Part shown: positions 13,590 through 25,964 of the stretch, one piece after another
Numbering within the stretch: position 1 is the first letter of the stretch
Layout: each line of letters starts with the position of its first letter
The notes under the pieces: generated by a model
The model's database searches: none
Told to the model about the DNA's origin: nothing
What the model saw: the letters and a program-made list of their open reading frames with translations, nothing else
From: Octopus sinensis
Lineage: Eukaryota
Direction: 5' to 3'
Length of the DNA stretch: 64,000 nt
NCBI RefSeq assembly: GCF_006345805.1
Contig: NC_043016.1
Span: forward strand, 27,590,001 to 27,654,000
Program-made: the position numbers and the translations under genes

Positions 13590-15870
13590 CATTGAGTAAC
13601 TATGTACCTCCTCTATAGCAAGACACCTATTTCTGCCTGTTGTGAACGTATGACATCGAGGACAAGTGGAAGTTCCTATGAGACAACCTTCTGTAGGCTG
13701 CAGACAAAATCTGTGGCTGGGACAAAGTCTCTGTCAGATGAAGAGTGACTTGGTGGTGGAACAATGAGGTAGCTAGGGCCATACAAGGGAAGAGACAGGC
13801 TTGAAAAGATTAGAAAGAGATGAAAGCAGCAAAGAACTATATCAGGTAGCCATGAGGGAAGCTAGATGATTGGTATATCTAGCAAGGTCAGAAACAGAAA
13901 GGAAGAAGTTTGCCAATGTCTTACAACATGAAGATCAGAGACTTGAGGTGTCAGAGAAAATCGAGATGTTGGGGAAGAGAGGTGTGTATGGATGGCTAAT
14001 GGTATGCTTGCACTCAGTGACTCAGAAACAAAAAAGGCATGAAATGAAAGTGCTATGAAAGGCTATTAAAAGTGGAAAATGAATGGAAGTAAGGGAACCC
14101 AACAGAGGAGATGGCTAGTCATGTTGACAGCAATATGATAGATAAGGCAATTAAGGATATGAAAACAGGGAAAGCCCTTGGTCCATCAGGAATCACTGCT
14201 GATATGCTTAAAATATCTGGCAGAGTAGGATACAGTCTAGTCACCCATATAGTTAATCAAGTTATTCATGAGGGTGTCATCTCCAAAGATTGATATAGCA
14301 GCATTATAGTCAGCTACTACAAGGGTAAGGGAAATATTTTAGATAGAAGTAATTACAAAGACCATCAAATTGCTGGACCAGGTCATAAAAGTTAGAATTA
14401 TAGCCCAGTTGATTAGGAACAGAATCAAATTAGATGATATGCAGTACTGACACTATCTTTATAGTCAGACAACTGTAGGAGAAGTATTTGGCTAAGAGTA
14501 AACCATTACACTTGGCATTTGTTGACTTAGAGAAAGCTTTTGACAAAGTACCCCACTTGTGTGATTTGGTGGGCTCCCTGGGAGCTAGGGGTAGATGAAT
14601 TACTCGTGACATCAAGTACAGGCCATGTATAGAGGTTCTGTCAATAAGGTGAGAGTTAACCACGAGTATATGATGAATTTAGTGTACATGTAGGTGTTAA
14701 TCAGGTTTAGTTCTCAGTTCCTTCCTGTTCACCATCATCTTCCAGACCATAATTGAGAAGTTCAAGACTGGCTGCTACTGGGAACTGTTATATGCTGATG
14801 ACCTAGCTCTCATTGCAGATTCTATAACAAAACTAGAAAAGAAATTCCAGGTGTGGAAGCAAAATCTGGAATCAAAGAGCCTTAAGGTTAACTTAGCAAA
14901 AGCTAAGCTTCTAGTAAGCAAGAAAAAGGGCAGAACCCTACCTCCATCAGGTAAATGACCCTGCTTGACATACAGCAAAGGTGTAGGCAGGAATTTCATA
15001 TGGTGTATCCAATGCAAGCTGTGGACATATAAGAGGTGCTGAGGAATAACAGGAAGGTTTTCAGAAAAGTAATGTGGAAGATGCACAGGAACCATAGAAA
15101 CTACAGATGCTCAAGAAGCTGATTTTTTTTCAAATGCCCCACAGGCTCTTTAGAGGTAGAGAATAATTTCTGGCTCTTAGGAGACCTAATTAGCAATGTG
15201 GGAGGATTTACAGAAAGTGTAATCACTAGAATAAGAATAGGATGGAGAAAACTCAGAGAGCTTCTGCCTCTGTTGGCAACCAAAGGTCACTCTTTACAAG
15301 TGAAAAGAAGATTGTAGTGCATGTATACAAACAGCAATGCTACATGGTTGTAAGATATGGGCCCTGAATGTAGAGGACATACAAAAATTATAGAGGAATG
15401 AAACTAGTATGCTGTGCTGGATGTGCAATGTCAGTGTATATATGTGACAGAATGCTAGTGTATTGAGAGAAAAGTTAGGCAACATAGGAGTAAGATGCAG
15501 TGTGCAAAGAGAAGATTGCAATGGTTTGGTCACGTGGTACACATAGAAGTGCTGATCACTTAAAGTGAATGAAACTTGTGGAAGGTTGATCTCAAGACTG
15601 AAGGTTGATCTCAAGACAATGAACCTAACAAAGGAGATAACAAAGAACTGAGATATCTGGCACCAATTGTACTCAAGAAGACCCATCCACCACATAAGGA
15701 TTAATAACAGTGTTGGTGTCACAAAAAATGCACAGATGATGGTGTCATGTAAAATGCACAGGTGTTGGTGCCACATAAAAACATCTAGGGCTAGTGCTAC
15801 ATAAAAAGTACCCAGCACACTCTGTAAAGTGGTTGGTATTAGGAAGGGTACCCATCCATAGAAACCATAC
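13590..15870 (+). mobile_element. Older, heavily decayed RTE LINE of the same family
   Basis: KALGPSGITADMLKISG, FVDLEKAFDKVP and ELLYADDLAL are present with many stops. The RTE tail remnant GGTTGGTATTAGGAAGGG is at ~15830. Confidence 0.85.
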
Positions 15871-16121
15871 CAGAGCAGACAATGGAGGCTGGTGCAGCAA
15901 AAGGTTTAGATGAGCCAGAAGCTATATCAGAAGGCACTTGCTCCCATGGTACCATGCAGGAGAATTGAACATCAGAGCTATGTGGTTTGGAAGCATATCC
16001 CTTACCACACAGCCGTGCTCTTGCCAAACCGGCCAGTCAATGCCAGAATGGAAAACAGATGTTAAATGATGATGATGATGATGTTGATGATTATAATACA
16101 TACATGCATACACACACACAT

Positions 16122-16174
<53 letters not shown>

Positions 16175-16371
16175 CAATAAGCGAGATTTAGAGATACTTA
16201 ACATAGAATACACAGTTATGCTCAAATGATTCGAACTTACACTTTGAAGTCTTTGTATGGTTTCTATGGATGGGTACCTTTATTGAGGACAAGGTCAAAG
16301 GGTAAAGAGTGACTATAAGAGAAATCCAGGTGAGCTGATATGGAAAGAAAATGATGCATCATCATATCATC

Positions 16372-18712
16372 ATCATAATCGTTTAACGTCCGCTTTCCAT
16401 GCTAGCATGGGTTGGACGGTTCAACTGGGGTCTGGCAAGCCCGAAGGCTGCACCAGGCCAGTCAGATCTGGCAGTGTTTCTACAGCTGGATGCCCTTCCT
16501 AACGCCAACCACTCCGAGAGTGTAGTGGGTGATTTTATGTGCCACCACCACAGGTGCCAGCCTCGTCTGGCAGACGGTCACGCTCGAATGGTGTTTTTTA
16601 TGTGCCAACGACACAGGTACCAGACAAGGCTGGCAGACAACGGCACGCTCGGATGGTGTTATCAGACGGTCATGCTCGAATGTTGTTTTTATGTGCCACC
16701 GACACAGGTGCCAGACGATGCTGGCGAACGGCTACGATCGGATGTGTTTGTTGTTACGTGCCCACAGCACGGGGCCAGTCGATGCGGTACTGGCTACGGT
16801 CCCGTTCGGATGTTTTCTTATGTGCCACCGGCACTGGTACCACAAGGATACAAATTCCATTGATGTTCATCTATTTGATTTGATTTGACTTTCACTTGCC
16901 TCAACAGGTCTTCACAAGTATCACAAGCAGGAAGGTATGCACAGGTGGACTGACTACGTCCCAGGTAGGGGCCATGGGTTATGGCTTCACTAGTCTTGCC
17001 GGGTCTTCTCACGCACAGCATACTTCCATAGGTCTCGGTCTCTAGTCATTTCCATGGTGAGACCTAACGTTCGAAGGTCGTGCTTCACCACCTTTGTCCA
17101 GGTTTTCCTGGGTCTACCTCTTCCACGGGTTCCCTCAACTGCTAGGGATTGGCACTTTCTCACACACCTATCTTCATCCATTCTCGCCACATGACCATAC
17201 CAGCGCAATCGTCTCTCTTGCACACAACAACGATGCTTCTTAGGTACAACATTTCTCTCAAGGAACTAACGCTCAGTCGAGTAAGTACACTGACATTACA
17301 CATCCATCGGAGCATACTGGCTTCATTCCTCATGAGCTTACGCATGTCCTCAGCAGTCACGGCCCATGTTTCACTGCCATGTAGCAGGCAGTTCGTACAC
17401 ATGCATCATACAGTCTGCCCTTTACTCTGAGCGGAGGCCTTTAGTCGCCAGCAGAGGTAAGAGCTCCCTAAACTTTGCCCAGGCTATTCTTATTCTAGCA
17501 GTTACACTCTCAGCGCACCCACCCCCACTACTGACTTGGTCACCTAGATAACGGAAGCTATCAACTACTTCTAATTTTTCCCCTTGCAAAGTGACGGAAG
17601 TTGTTTTCTGCAGATCTTCGGAGGTCAATGCTCCCGAGCATCTGCCACATACAAAAACTATCTTCCCAGTTAGCCTACCTTTGACATTGCTGCACCTCTT
17701 ATGAGTCCATAGCTTACACTGGATACATCTTATAGAGTTTCTACCTACACCTTTTCTACAGATCGAGCAGGGCCATCTACCTGAGGACATTTGTGGATTG
17801 TCTACCTTTCTACTTATTAATACTTTGGTTTTAGCTAGGTTGACTCTAAGGCCCCTCGATTCTAAACCCTCCTTCCACATCAGGAACTTATCCTCCAGTT
17901 CTGATAGTGACTCAGCAATTAGAGCGAGGTCATCAGCATAGAGGGCTCCCAGGGGCAACCTGTCTTGAATTCCTCCACAATTGCCTGGAGGACATGATAA
18001 ACAGGAGGGGGCGAGTACTGAACCTGGTGGAACCCAACCTCTACTTTGAATTTCTCTGTGTACATATTGCCAAACCCTAACCTTACTTACGGCATCTCTG
18101 TACATGGCTTGCACAGCCCTCACCAGCCATTCATCTATTCCTAGTTTCCTCATTGACCACCAGATGAGGGATCGGGGGACCCTATCAAAGGCTTTCTCCA
18201 TGTCAACGAAAGCCAGGTACAGGGGCTTATCTTTGGCTAAGTATTTCTCCTGCAGCTGCCTTACCAGGAATAAGCATCAGTGGTGCTTTTCCCGCTGGCT
18301 TGAACCCAAACTGCACTCATCTAACTAACTCTCTCTCTAATTAGTGGGCTATGACCCTCTCTGTAACCTTCATTACCTGATCCAAACAGCTTTTGATACC
18401 CTGTAGTAGTTATTTATTCTAGGGCGTCACCTTTACCTTCGTAGCAGTTGACTATTATGCTGCTACGCCAGTCATTGGGTATGACTCCTTCGTGTATCAC
18501 CTGGTTGACTATACGGGGACTGGTTATAGCCGACACTGCCAGATATTTTGAGCATCTCTGCAGTAATTCCTGATGGGCCGGGGCTTTCCCTGTCTTCATG
18601 CTTCTAATTGCCTTAGCCACCACGGAACTATCAACTTGGATAGATGGTCCCTCTGTTGGGTCAACATTCGGCAGACTCCCTTTATCCCATTCATTTTCTT
18701 ATTCAGCAACCT
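16372..18712 (-). mobile_element. Young 5'-truncated RTE-clade LINE with intact 3' UTR, tandem repeats and (GAT)n tail
   Basis: ORF 17422-18201 has MEKAFDRVP...LYADDLAL...FRYLGDQ, and downstream frames have LHGSETW. The reverse-strand tail (CAT)n is at ~16355-16380. Confidence 0.93.
16510..16850 (-). repeat. ~60 bp imperfect tandem repeat (about 5-6 units) in the RTE 3' UTR
   Basis: The unit TTTTATGTGCCACCGACACAGGTGCCAGACGAGGCTGGCA..CGG.CACGCTCGGATGGTG recurs. Confidence 0.85.
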
Positions 18713-19265
18713 TTTATAGGTTGCTGAATAAAGATAAACAGATAAACAAAATTGAGCTTAGTTTTTGTATCTAATATACATATATATATATATATTATAT
18801 ATATAGATATAATATATATATAATATATATTATATAGTGTGTGTGTTGTGTGTGTGTGGTGTGTGTGTGTTGTGTGTGTGTGTGTGGTGTGTGTTCTGCG
18901 TGTGTAGAAAATTCACCACTGCAAGTCTATAGCTAGAAGCTAAGTAAGGTAATAATTTCTCGTGAATAAACATGATTTCATGGAAGATGACGAAGGAAGC
19001 ATTTGCATGGCAATGACATTTGTTTAACAACAATAATGCAAAGTCAAAGCATGGTATCAGTAACATATGCATAAACACACACGCACACACACACACACAC
19101 ACACCAACGTACTTCTTTCAGTTTCCATAAACCACCCAGATTCATTCACAAGGCTTTTTTATCAGCCCGAAGCTATATCAGAATGCACTTGCCATGGTAC
19201 CATACAAGAGAATTGAACCCAGAGCCATATGGTTGAGAAGCATATCCCTTACCACACAGCCACGC

Positions 19266-19267
<2 letters not shown>

Positions 19268-19334
<67 letters not shown>

Positions 19335-19343
19335 AATCAATCA

Positions 19344-19374
<31 letters not shown>

Positions 19375-19421
19375 CAGCTATCTATCTATCTATACCTATC
19401 TATCTATCTATCAATCAATCA

Positions 19422-19464
<43 letters not shown>

Positions 19465-19485
19465 CAGCTACCTATCTATCTATAC

Positions 19486-19546
<61 letters not shown>

Positions 19547-19555
19547 AATCAATCA

Positions 19556-19596
<41 letters not shown>

Positions 19597-19615
19597 GCTA
19601 TCTATCTATCTATAC

Positions 19616-19666
<51 letters not shown>

Positions 19667-19701
19667 CCTACCTATCTATCTATCTATCTATCTATCTATA
19701 C

Positions 19702-19745
<44 letters not shown>

Positions 19746-19770
19746 TTATTTATCTATCCATCTATCAATA
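19268..19770. repeat. (ATCT)n microsatellite with interruptions
   Basis: Directly visible. Confidence 0.97.
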
Positions 19771-21189
19771 TAAATATATATCTTTAAATGGATGGATAGA
19801 GAGAGAGAGTGAGAGAAGCACACAGAAAGAGTGTGTTGGAAAAGCAGAGAGAGTGAAAGAAGCAGGGTGAGAGCACATTTTTTTTCTACTTACAGAAGTA
19901 CTAAAGTTATTCTATGTATATTTTATATCTGTGGAAACTCATAAAGTGGAAAATATAAGTGTCTCTTATTGTGATTTAGAAGTGTCAGAGTGACAGAGAG
20001 GAGATGTGTATGTACGTGTGACAGAGTCAGAGGGGGAAAGAGAGAGGGAGAGTATCACTGATAGTGCGAAGAGAGTATGTGTATGGATAGATTAATAAAT
20101 AAAAAACGCTTATTACATTAATATATGTACGTGAAACATTAAAAATGATGTATAGTGAGTGGGGAAAAAACAATTCTAGTCGTTCTCTAAAATTGCTTTG
20201 TTTGAGCAAATATGGGAGAAAAATGTAATATTGACAGGACAGAGAGATACAACGTCAAACGGAAACAGCAAGGTTAACGATTGAATCCGTATGCGCCCCT
20301 TTAATTCACATCCTATCGTTTAAAAGCGAAATGATAAAAAGTAGAAGCTCGACTAGGAAGTAAGCAGTTACATTTCTTAGAGCTTTGGTTAATAGTTTCG
20401 GTTTTGAGTTCAAACACTGCCGAATTCAAATTTACCCGTCATCCTTTCGGATTCGATAAATTTACAATAAAATGCCAGTCAAGTACTAGGGTTAATTTTT
20501 TATTCTTATAAATTATCCTAAGCGTGAATGAAATTATGATAAAAGTCTCGGCCTGGACTCAGAAATGACAACGAACGAGGCTGAGGCTGAGTAAGTGTGA
20601 CAAAAAAAAATCATTGAGACTGAAAGACATTGTTTAGAGATAAAATTTTGACTGGGAGCGGAATCCTGAATCATTGAAGAGGACATTTTCTATGTAGATA
20701 AACACGGGGGAATTTAAGTAGGTTAAATCAAACGGATGTGTGTGGGGAGGATTACAAATTAAAAATTAAAACACTGGAAGATGCAGCAAGAAGCGAATTT
20801 CAGAGATAAAAATTGCAACCCACATTTACAACCACAACGACCAAAAGTGAAATTTGATCTAAGGGGGGTAACTTTTGAGTAACTTGATGTCTGCGAGTGG
20901 GTGTGTAGATTCCAAACCCCTCCATAAACAAATTTGAATTTAAATGAAGCAACATCATTTACGTTTTTAAACAGTCGTTTAAACTTTTTACAACTCATTT
21001 CTTTTCACCTATAAATGCGCTGTTATAACTAATTAATATTTCGGCATTTGGTTCACCCAAAGAACTTTCTACATGCATCCACACAACACACTAGACCTGG
21101 TGAATTATTTCCGGTTGTTACAAGACATCCTTCCATCCGTAGAAATGGTTTCAAATTTTGGTATGGTGCCAGCAATTTTAAGAAGAAGG

Positions 21190-21900
21190 GGGTCGGGGCA
21201 GGTCGCTTATGTTACCCCAGTACGTGATTTGTATTTTATTTTATCGATCTCGAGAGGATGAAAGGCAATGTTGATTGATCTCGGCGGTATTTGAACTCAG
21301 AACATAAAGAGCCAGAAAAAATACTTCTCAGCATTTTGTCCGACCGCCGCCTTTAATAATCCATTAGGAGTGGATTAGTCTATTGCGTCAAGCCAAGTAA
21401 TTGACTCGTACTTATTTTATTGATCCTAAAATCAGAGTGCACCTCAGCGGAAGTTGAACTCAGAACGGACGAAATGTCGCCAAATATTTTGTCCGGCGTG
21501 TTAACGATTCTGCCAGCTCGCTGCCTTAATAATAATTGTGGGTAATTGTTCGTTTTATTAACGGCACAAGACCAGAAATTTGGCGTGATGTGGCTAGTCC
21601 ATTATTACATCGACTCCAGTATACAAATGGTACTTATTTTATCGACCCCGAAGGAATGATTGGTAGAGTCGATCGCAGCGAAATTTGAACTCGGATCGGA
21701 AAGACGGACGAAATGCCGCTAAATATTTTGTCCGGCGCCCTAACGATTCTGCCAGTTCGCCTTAATAATAATTTTAACTCAGAACGTAGCGACGAGGGAA
21801 ATACTGTGGATCTTTACCTTTCGACCTACAGATTTTAAAAAATGATCCAATACGGCTAAGCATTTCTTCCAGTGCGCTAACGATTCTGCCAGCTCCCCGG
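21190..21900 (-). mobile_element. Tandem cluster of 3-4 SINE family A copies
   Basis: Repeated GTACTTATTTTAT.GA...GAAGG.ATGA...TTTGAACTCAGAAC...GAAATG.CGC...AACGATTCTGCCAGCTCG. Confidence 0.8.
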
Positions 21901-22202
21901 TAATGATATTAATAAAGATGATGATGACGATGATGATGATGATGATTTCTTTTATTGGCCACAAGAGCCCAAGACGTGAGGAGCAATATCGAAGAACGAG
22001 TTACAGCACAAAAAAAATTTACAAAACATGTGGGGTTAACTTCAATCAAGAGATACCACCACATTAAAGAATATAACAGAGGATACACACACACATGCAC
22101 ACACGCACACACACACACACACACGCACGCACACACGCACGCACACACACACGCACGCACACACGCACGCACACACGCACGCACACACACACACACACAC
22201 AT

Positions 22203-22238
<36 letters not shown>

Positions 22239-22451
22239 AAAATCATCTCTACCTCTAGAGCATAGCAATTTTGACCAGCTCTGCTGGAGGAGGGGAGGTA
22301 ATAACAGATGAAATGAAAAATTCTCATAAGAGGACATGCCATTAAAGAAAAAAGTACAGGATTGGCTGAAGATAAGAGGACGGATGTGGTATACGTTTCT
22401 GGCTCAATATCTCTCATCAACATTACAATATATAGATAAGTATGTATGTGC

Positions 22452-22484
<33 letters not shown>

Positions 22485-22741
22485 AGAGATTATGTGCTTG
22501 TGAATGAGTGTATGTCTGTACAAATGAGTACCCCTGTGTATATGCGTGTGAGAGCGTAGGTGTGAATGTGTTATCGTGATTACGAGTATAAGTGTAAATG
22601 TGCGTTCAGGTCGAATGCAGAGAAGCTAATTTTCAATAATCTGAATAAAAATGGAATAAAAAGATAGGAAGCTAGCACCCCATTCGTCTAGAAGTTCGGA
22701 TAGAAGTTTTCAGCACTAGTAGAAAGTTACGAAAATATTAA

Positions 22742-22997
22742 CCCTTTAGCACTTAAATCGGCCATAACTGGCCCAAATATTTTACTTGCTTTGTGTCCAA
22801 ACTGGCCAGATCTGGCCTCTCATACCTAACCTACAATGTCATTCTAAAAATCTTAAAGCTATCAGATACTTTTTTTACTCGTTTCAGCCATGCGGTGGCG
22901 GTCATGCTGGAACACCATCGTGATAATGCATGGTTACTTCAAAACAATGCGAATAAATAAATACGACATTTGACAGAATATTCTGAGTGCTAAAGGG
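22742..22997. mobile_element. piggyBac-type MITE
   Basis: TTAA|CCCTTTAGCAC ... GTGCTAAAGGG|TTAA gives 11-bp TIRs and a TTAA TSD (22738-22741 and 22998-23001). A SINE-B tail fragment is nested inside. A partial reverse copy lies at ~53300-53405. Confidence 0.85.
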
Positions 22998-23587
22998 TTA
23001 AGGGAGAAGAATAATGAATGAACACAGTATGATAAGTTATTTTGTCGATGGTCAAAAATCTAGTTAGCTGGGCTTTGAATGGCAATTAGATGGAGGAGAG
23101 TAATCTCCCTTAGACCAGATGTAATTACGATGCCGGATGCCTTAAGCTATCGTGTTTACATGTGGGATTTGTCAGTGTCTGGCCAACTATATATATGTAC
23201 TTGCAATATGTATGTGCAAGTTTGCAGATGTTTTCGAGCGTCGTGCGTCTGAGAATGTGAATATGTCATAGATACTGTGTCCACGTTAGCGTTACTGTAT
23301 TAGAATTATTTTCTTTGAATCAGTGCTATGCTTTGACCATTTAGGTTATGGCTTAGTGCCATAAAACAATAAAGTATTTTGCACGTTGACATAATGCAAC
23401 AGTGGTGGGAGATGCGAACCATTAACGCCACGGAGAGTAACAGAAAATAAACTCTGTTAAATAAAACGTCTCCATGTTGTTGATGGTGATAAGACTATGG
23501 CTAATCGAATTATCTCCCTTTGACTATGAAATATTACGTTTAAACATTCAGTGTGACTTTTTACCAAAATTATTATTTCATTTTAAA

Positions 23588-24100
23588 CTAGCAGTATCGC
23601 CCGGCGTTGCTCGGGTTTGTAAGGGAAATAACTATATAAGCATTTTTAGAGAGTTACTTCCCTTATAGATGCCAATTCGGGCTTTCTTAGCCATTTCTGT
23701 TTTGGTGTCTTCAAGTCATGAAGTCGTTGTTCTAAAAGAACGCTGGTCTCCTTGACAACGCTTTACGACGTTGATTTCCTTACACTCCCTTCCCCACAGC
23801 TTCACGAGGGAGGGAAGAAGGCGGAGAAGCAAACAGGTGCAGGTGTGACCATGGACGCCAACTCCGCCGCCATCGACACACAAAAATTATGCATTAAAAT
23901 GGAATAAAAATGATGTTAAATTATTTTTTTTAAAATCGTAGACTCATCGTAGACGCGCGCTAATAGCCGACGGGGCTCGATATGAATCACGACTATAAGA
24001 TACCCGAATTTGGTTAAACTGCACCGCAAAATGTGGGAGTAGTTAGGAATCTAAATCGAAGGGGACATACCTCACACAACTACAGTTTTATATATATAGA
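23588..24100 (-). mobile_element. Non-autonomous Helitron
   Basis: The minus strand starts A|TCTATATATATAAAA and ends with the hairpin CCCG-AGCAACGC-CGGG about 8 nt before CTAG|T. It is inserted in AT with no TSD. Confidence 0.8.
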
Positions 24101-24436
24101 TTATCGATTAAACAGAAATTTTTCTTATTTTCATATATCATTGGACAAAAAATATCGGAATTCTAATAAAGATTCTCTTCTCTCCAGAATACAGATAACC
24201 AAATTAAAAGATTTCACAACATGATTTTTACCGATGTAGACAACAAGTAGTTTCCTTAGAACTCTATTTTATGCTCTTGAGGTTTATTTCTATAACGCAC
24301 GTCGCTTTTTTTTTTTTTAATGTCGAAGTTGTGTAGGACATACGTATTGGAACAGTTACTTTGTAAAATAGGGACAGTTACACTGTCGCTGGCCTTTCCC
24401 TAAAGATTGTAACGGTTCGTATATAACAAATAAATG

Positions 24437-24771
24437 TGGTGACCCCCTTCGGTCAGACGCTGACCATGGGTTTGCACCTAGAGAGTTACCCTCTGAGGCA
24501 CAAGTCTGGGCAAGGTTGTTTTATGGAAGACCAGCAGTCGCCCATGCATACAGGCCTCTCCTCTCTACACTACTGATGTTATCCAAGGGAAAGGCAAAGG
24601 GGCCGATACAGCTTGGCACCTGTGACGTCGCAACTCATTTCTACAGCTGAGTGAATTGGAGCAACGTGAAATAAAGTGTCTTGCTCAAGAACACAACACG
24701 CAGCCCGGTCCGGGATTCGAGCTCACAACCTCATGATCGTAAGCTCGACGCTCTAACCACTGAACCACGCC
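24437..24771 (-). mobile_element. Full-length tRNA-derived SINE (family D)
   Basis: The head GCGTGGTTCAGTGGTTAGAGCG...GCTCGAATCCC has A and B boxes. There is a 10-bp TSD, CAAATAAATG (24427-24436 and 24772-24781). Confidence 0.85.
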
Positions 24772-25454
24772 CAAATAAATGAGAGGAAGAAAAGTCTTAG
24801 TTGCAATGGCCTTTTATTTTAACGTTACAATGTAAAATACAACTTCTTTGAGTTGTTGTAACAGGTTATTTGCAGTTCTGTCATCCATTCTGTAGGTAAT
24901 TTAGCTCATCTGTGAGTAGCTACTTGAGAGGGAAAAGAATAAAAGAATTTAGACAAATAGAGAAGGTGAAAGTTGTGTAATCTCGCAGTAACAAGTTGTT
25001 AGTGAAGTGAGAAAAATAGAGATGTGCTCTTTGGAGCAGGCGTCCCGCAAAAGAGTAGAATCGATTTTGGGTACCGTATTTGTATTACTTTCTAACTAAA
25101 CTAGGTCAAGTTGGATGAAGGATATTTTCGTTTGTTGTCTTGTCCGAACCCTATTTAACCTATGGATGTTAACTTAAACAATAGAAATTATCTAAAAGCG
25201 ACAGTTGACTCTCATTAATTTTAAAGAGCAAAAGCAAAGGACCATAGGTAAGAACTTGTAGAAAAATGTAGATTTGATTTCAAATCCTGACTCAGAATCT
25301 AGGAAGCTAATCGTTACAAGATATTTGCTGTTTGTACATTTCGAAAAGTACAAACATGGTTAATTTCATTTAATAAAATTTTCTATATGGTACGTCGACC
25401 TGCAAGAAATAGTAGCCAGGTTTCCAGCAAATCAGTCCTACCATCTTTAAAAAA

Positions 25455-25618
25455 AAAACGTATGGCTATGAGGTAAGAAGTTTGCTTCGCAACCACATGG
25501 TTTTGGGTTCAGTTCACTGCGTGTGTGGTATCTTGAGCGAGTGTTTTCAACTATAGCCTCGGGCCGACCAAAGTCTTGTGAGTGGATTTTGTAGGCGGAA
25601 ACTGAAAGAAGCTCATCG

Positions 25619-25620
<2 letters not shown>
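25455..25620 (+). mobile_element. SINE family B head; its tail is at 26810-27005 after nested insertions
   Basis: GGCTATGAGGTAAGAAGTTTGCTTCGCAACCACATGGTTTTGGGTTCAGTT...GGAAACTGAAAGAAGCTCATCG followed by (TA)n. Confidence 0.75.
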
Positions 25621-25679
<59 letters not shown>

Positions 25680-25694
25680 ATATATATATATATA

Positions 25695-25838
25695 CTTTAT
25701 TTTAAGCAGCAGAAAATTCAACAAAATCTGTTACTCTGAGTTTCTCGTTGCCGTTCATCAGACAAAAACTGTCTGATGAACGGCAACGAGAAACTCGAGT
25801 AACAGATTTTGTTGAATTTTCTGCTGCTTAAAATAAAG
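25695..25838. repeat. Near-perfect palindrome (~70 bp arms, 5-nt loop) with a hammerhead-like motif in each arm
   Basis: 25695-25764 is the reverse complement of 25770-25838, with one indel. Confidence 0.95.
25766..25810 (+). ncRNA. Minimal type I hammerhead ribozyme-like motif
   Basis: CTGT-CTGATGA-(A CG GCAA CG A)-GAAA-CTCGAG-TA-ACAG. The core is intact, ACTCGAGT is palindromic and the triplet is GUA. The 10.1/11.1 pair is an A-A mismatch. Confidence 0.6.
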
Positions 25839-25912
25839 CATATTACTCTACCACTGGTATTTGAGTACTCTTTTTTCCACTTGTTTCACATTTATGTGTT
25901 TACTCCGGTATA

Positions 25913-25964
<52 letters not shown>

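Noticed and set aside
18240-18620. Dense 1-nt indels in otherwise young RTE sequence (also 10370-10480)
   Set aside because: They resemble long-read consensus errors as much as real mutations, so no inference is drawn about programmed frameshifting or element age.
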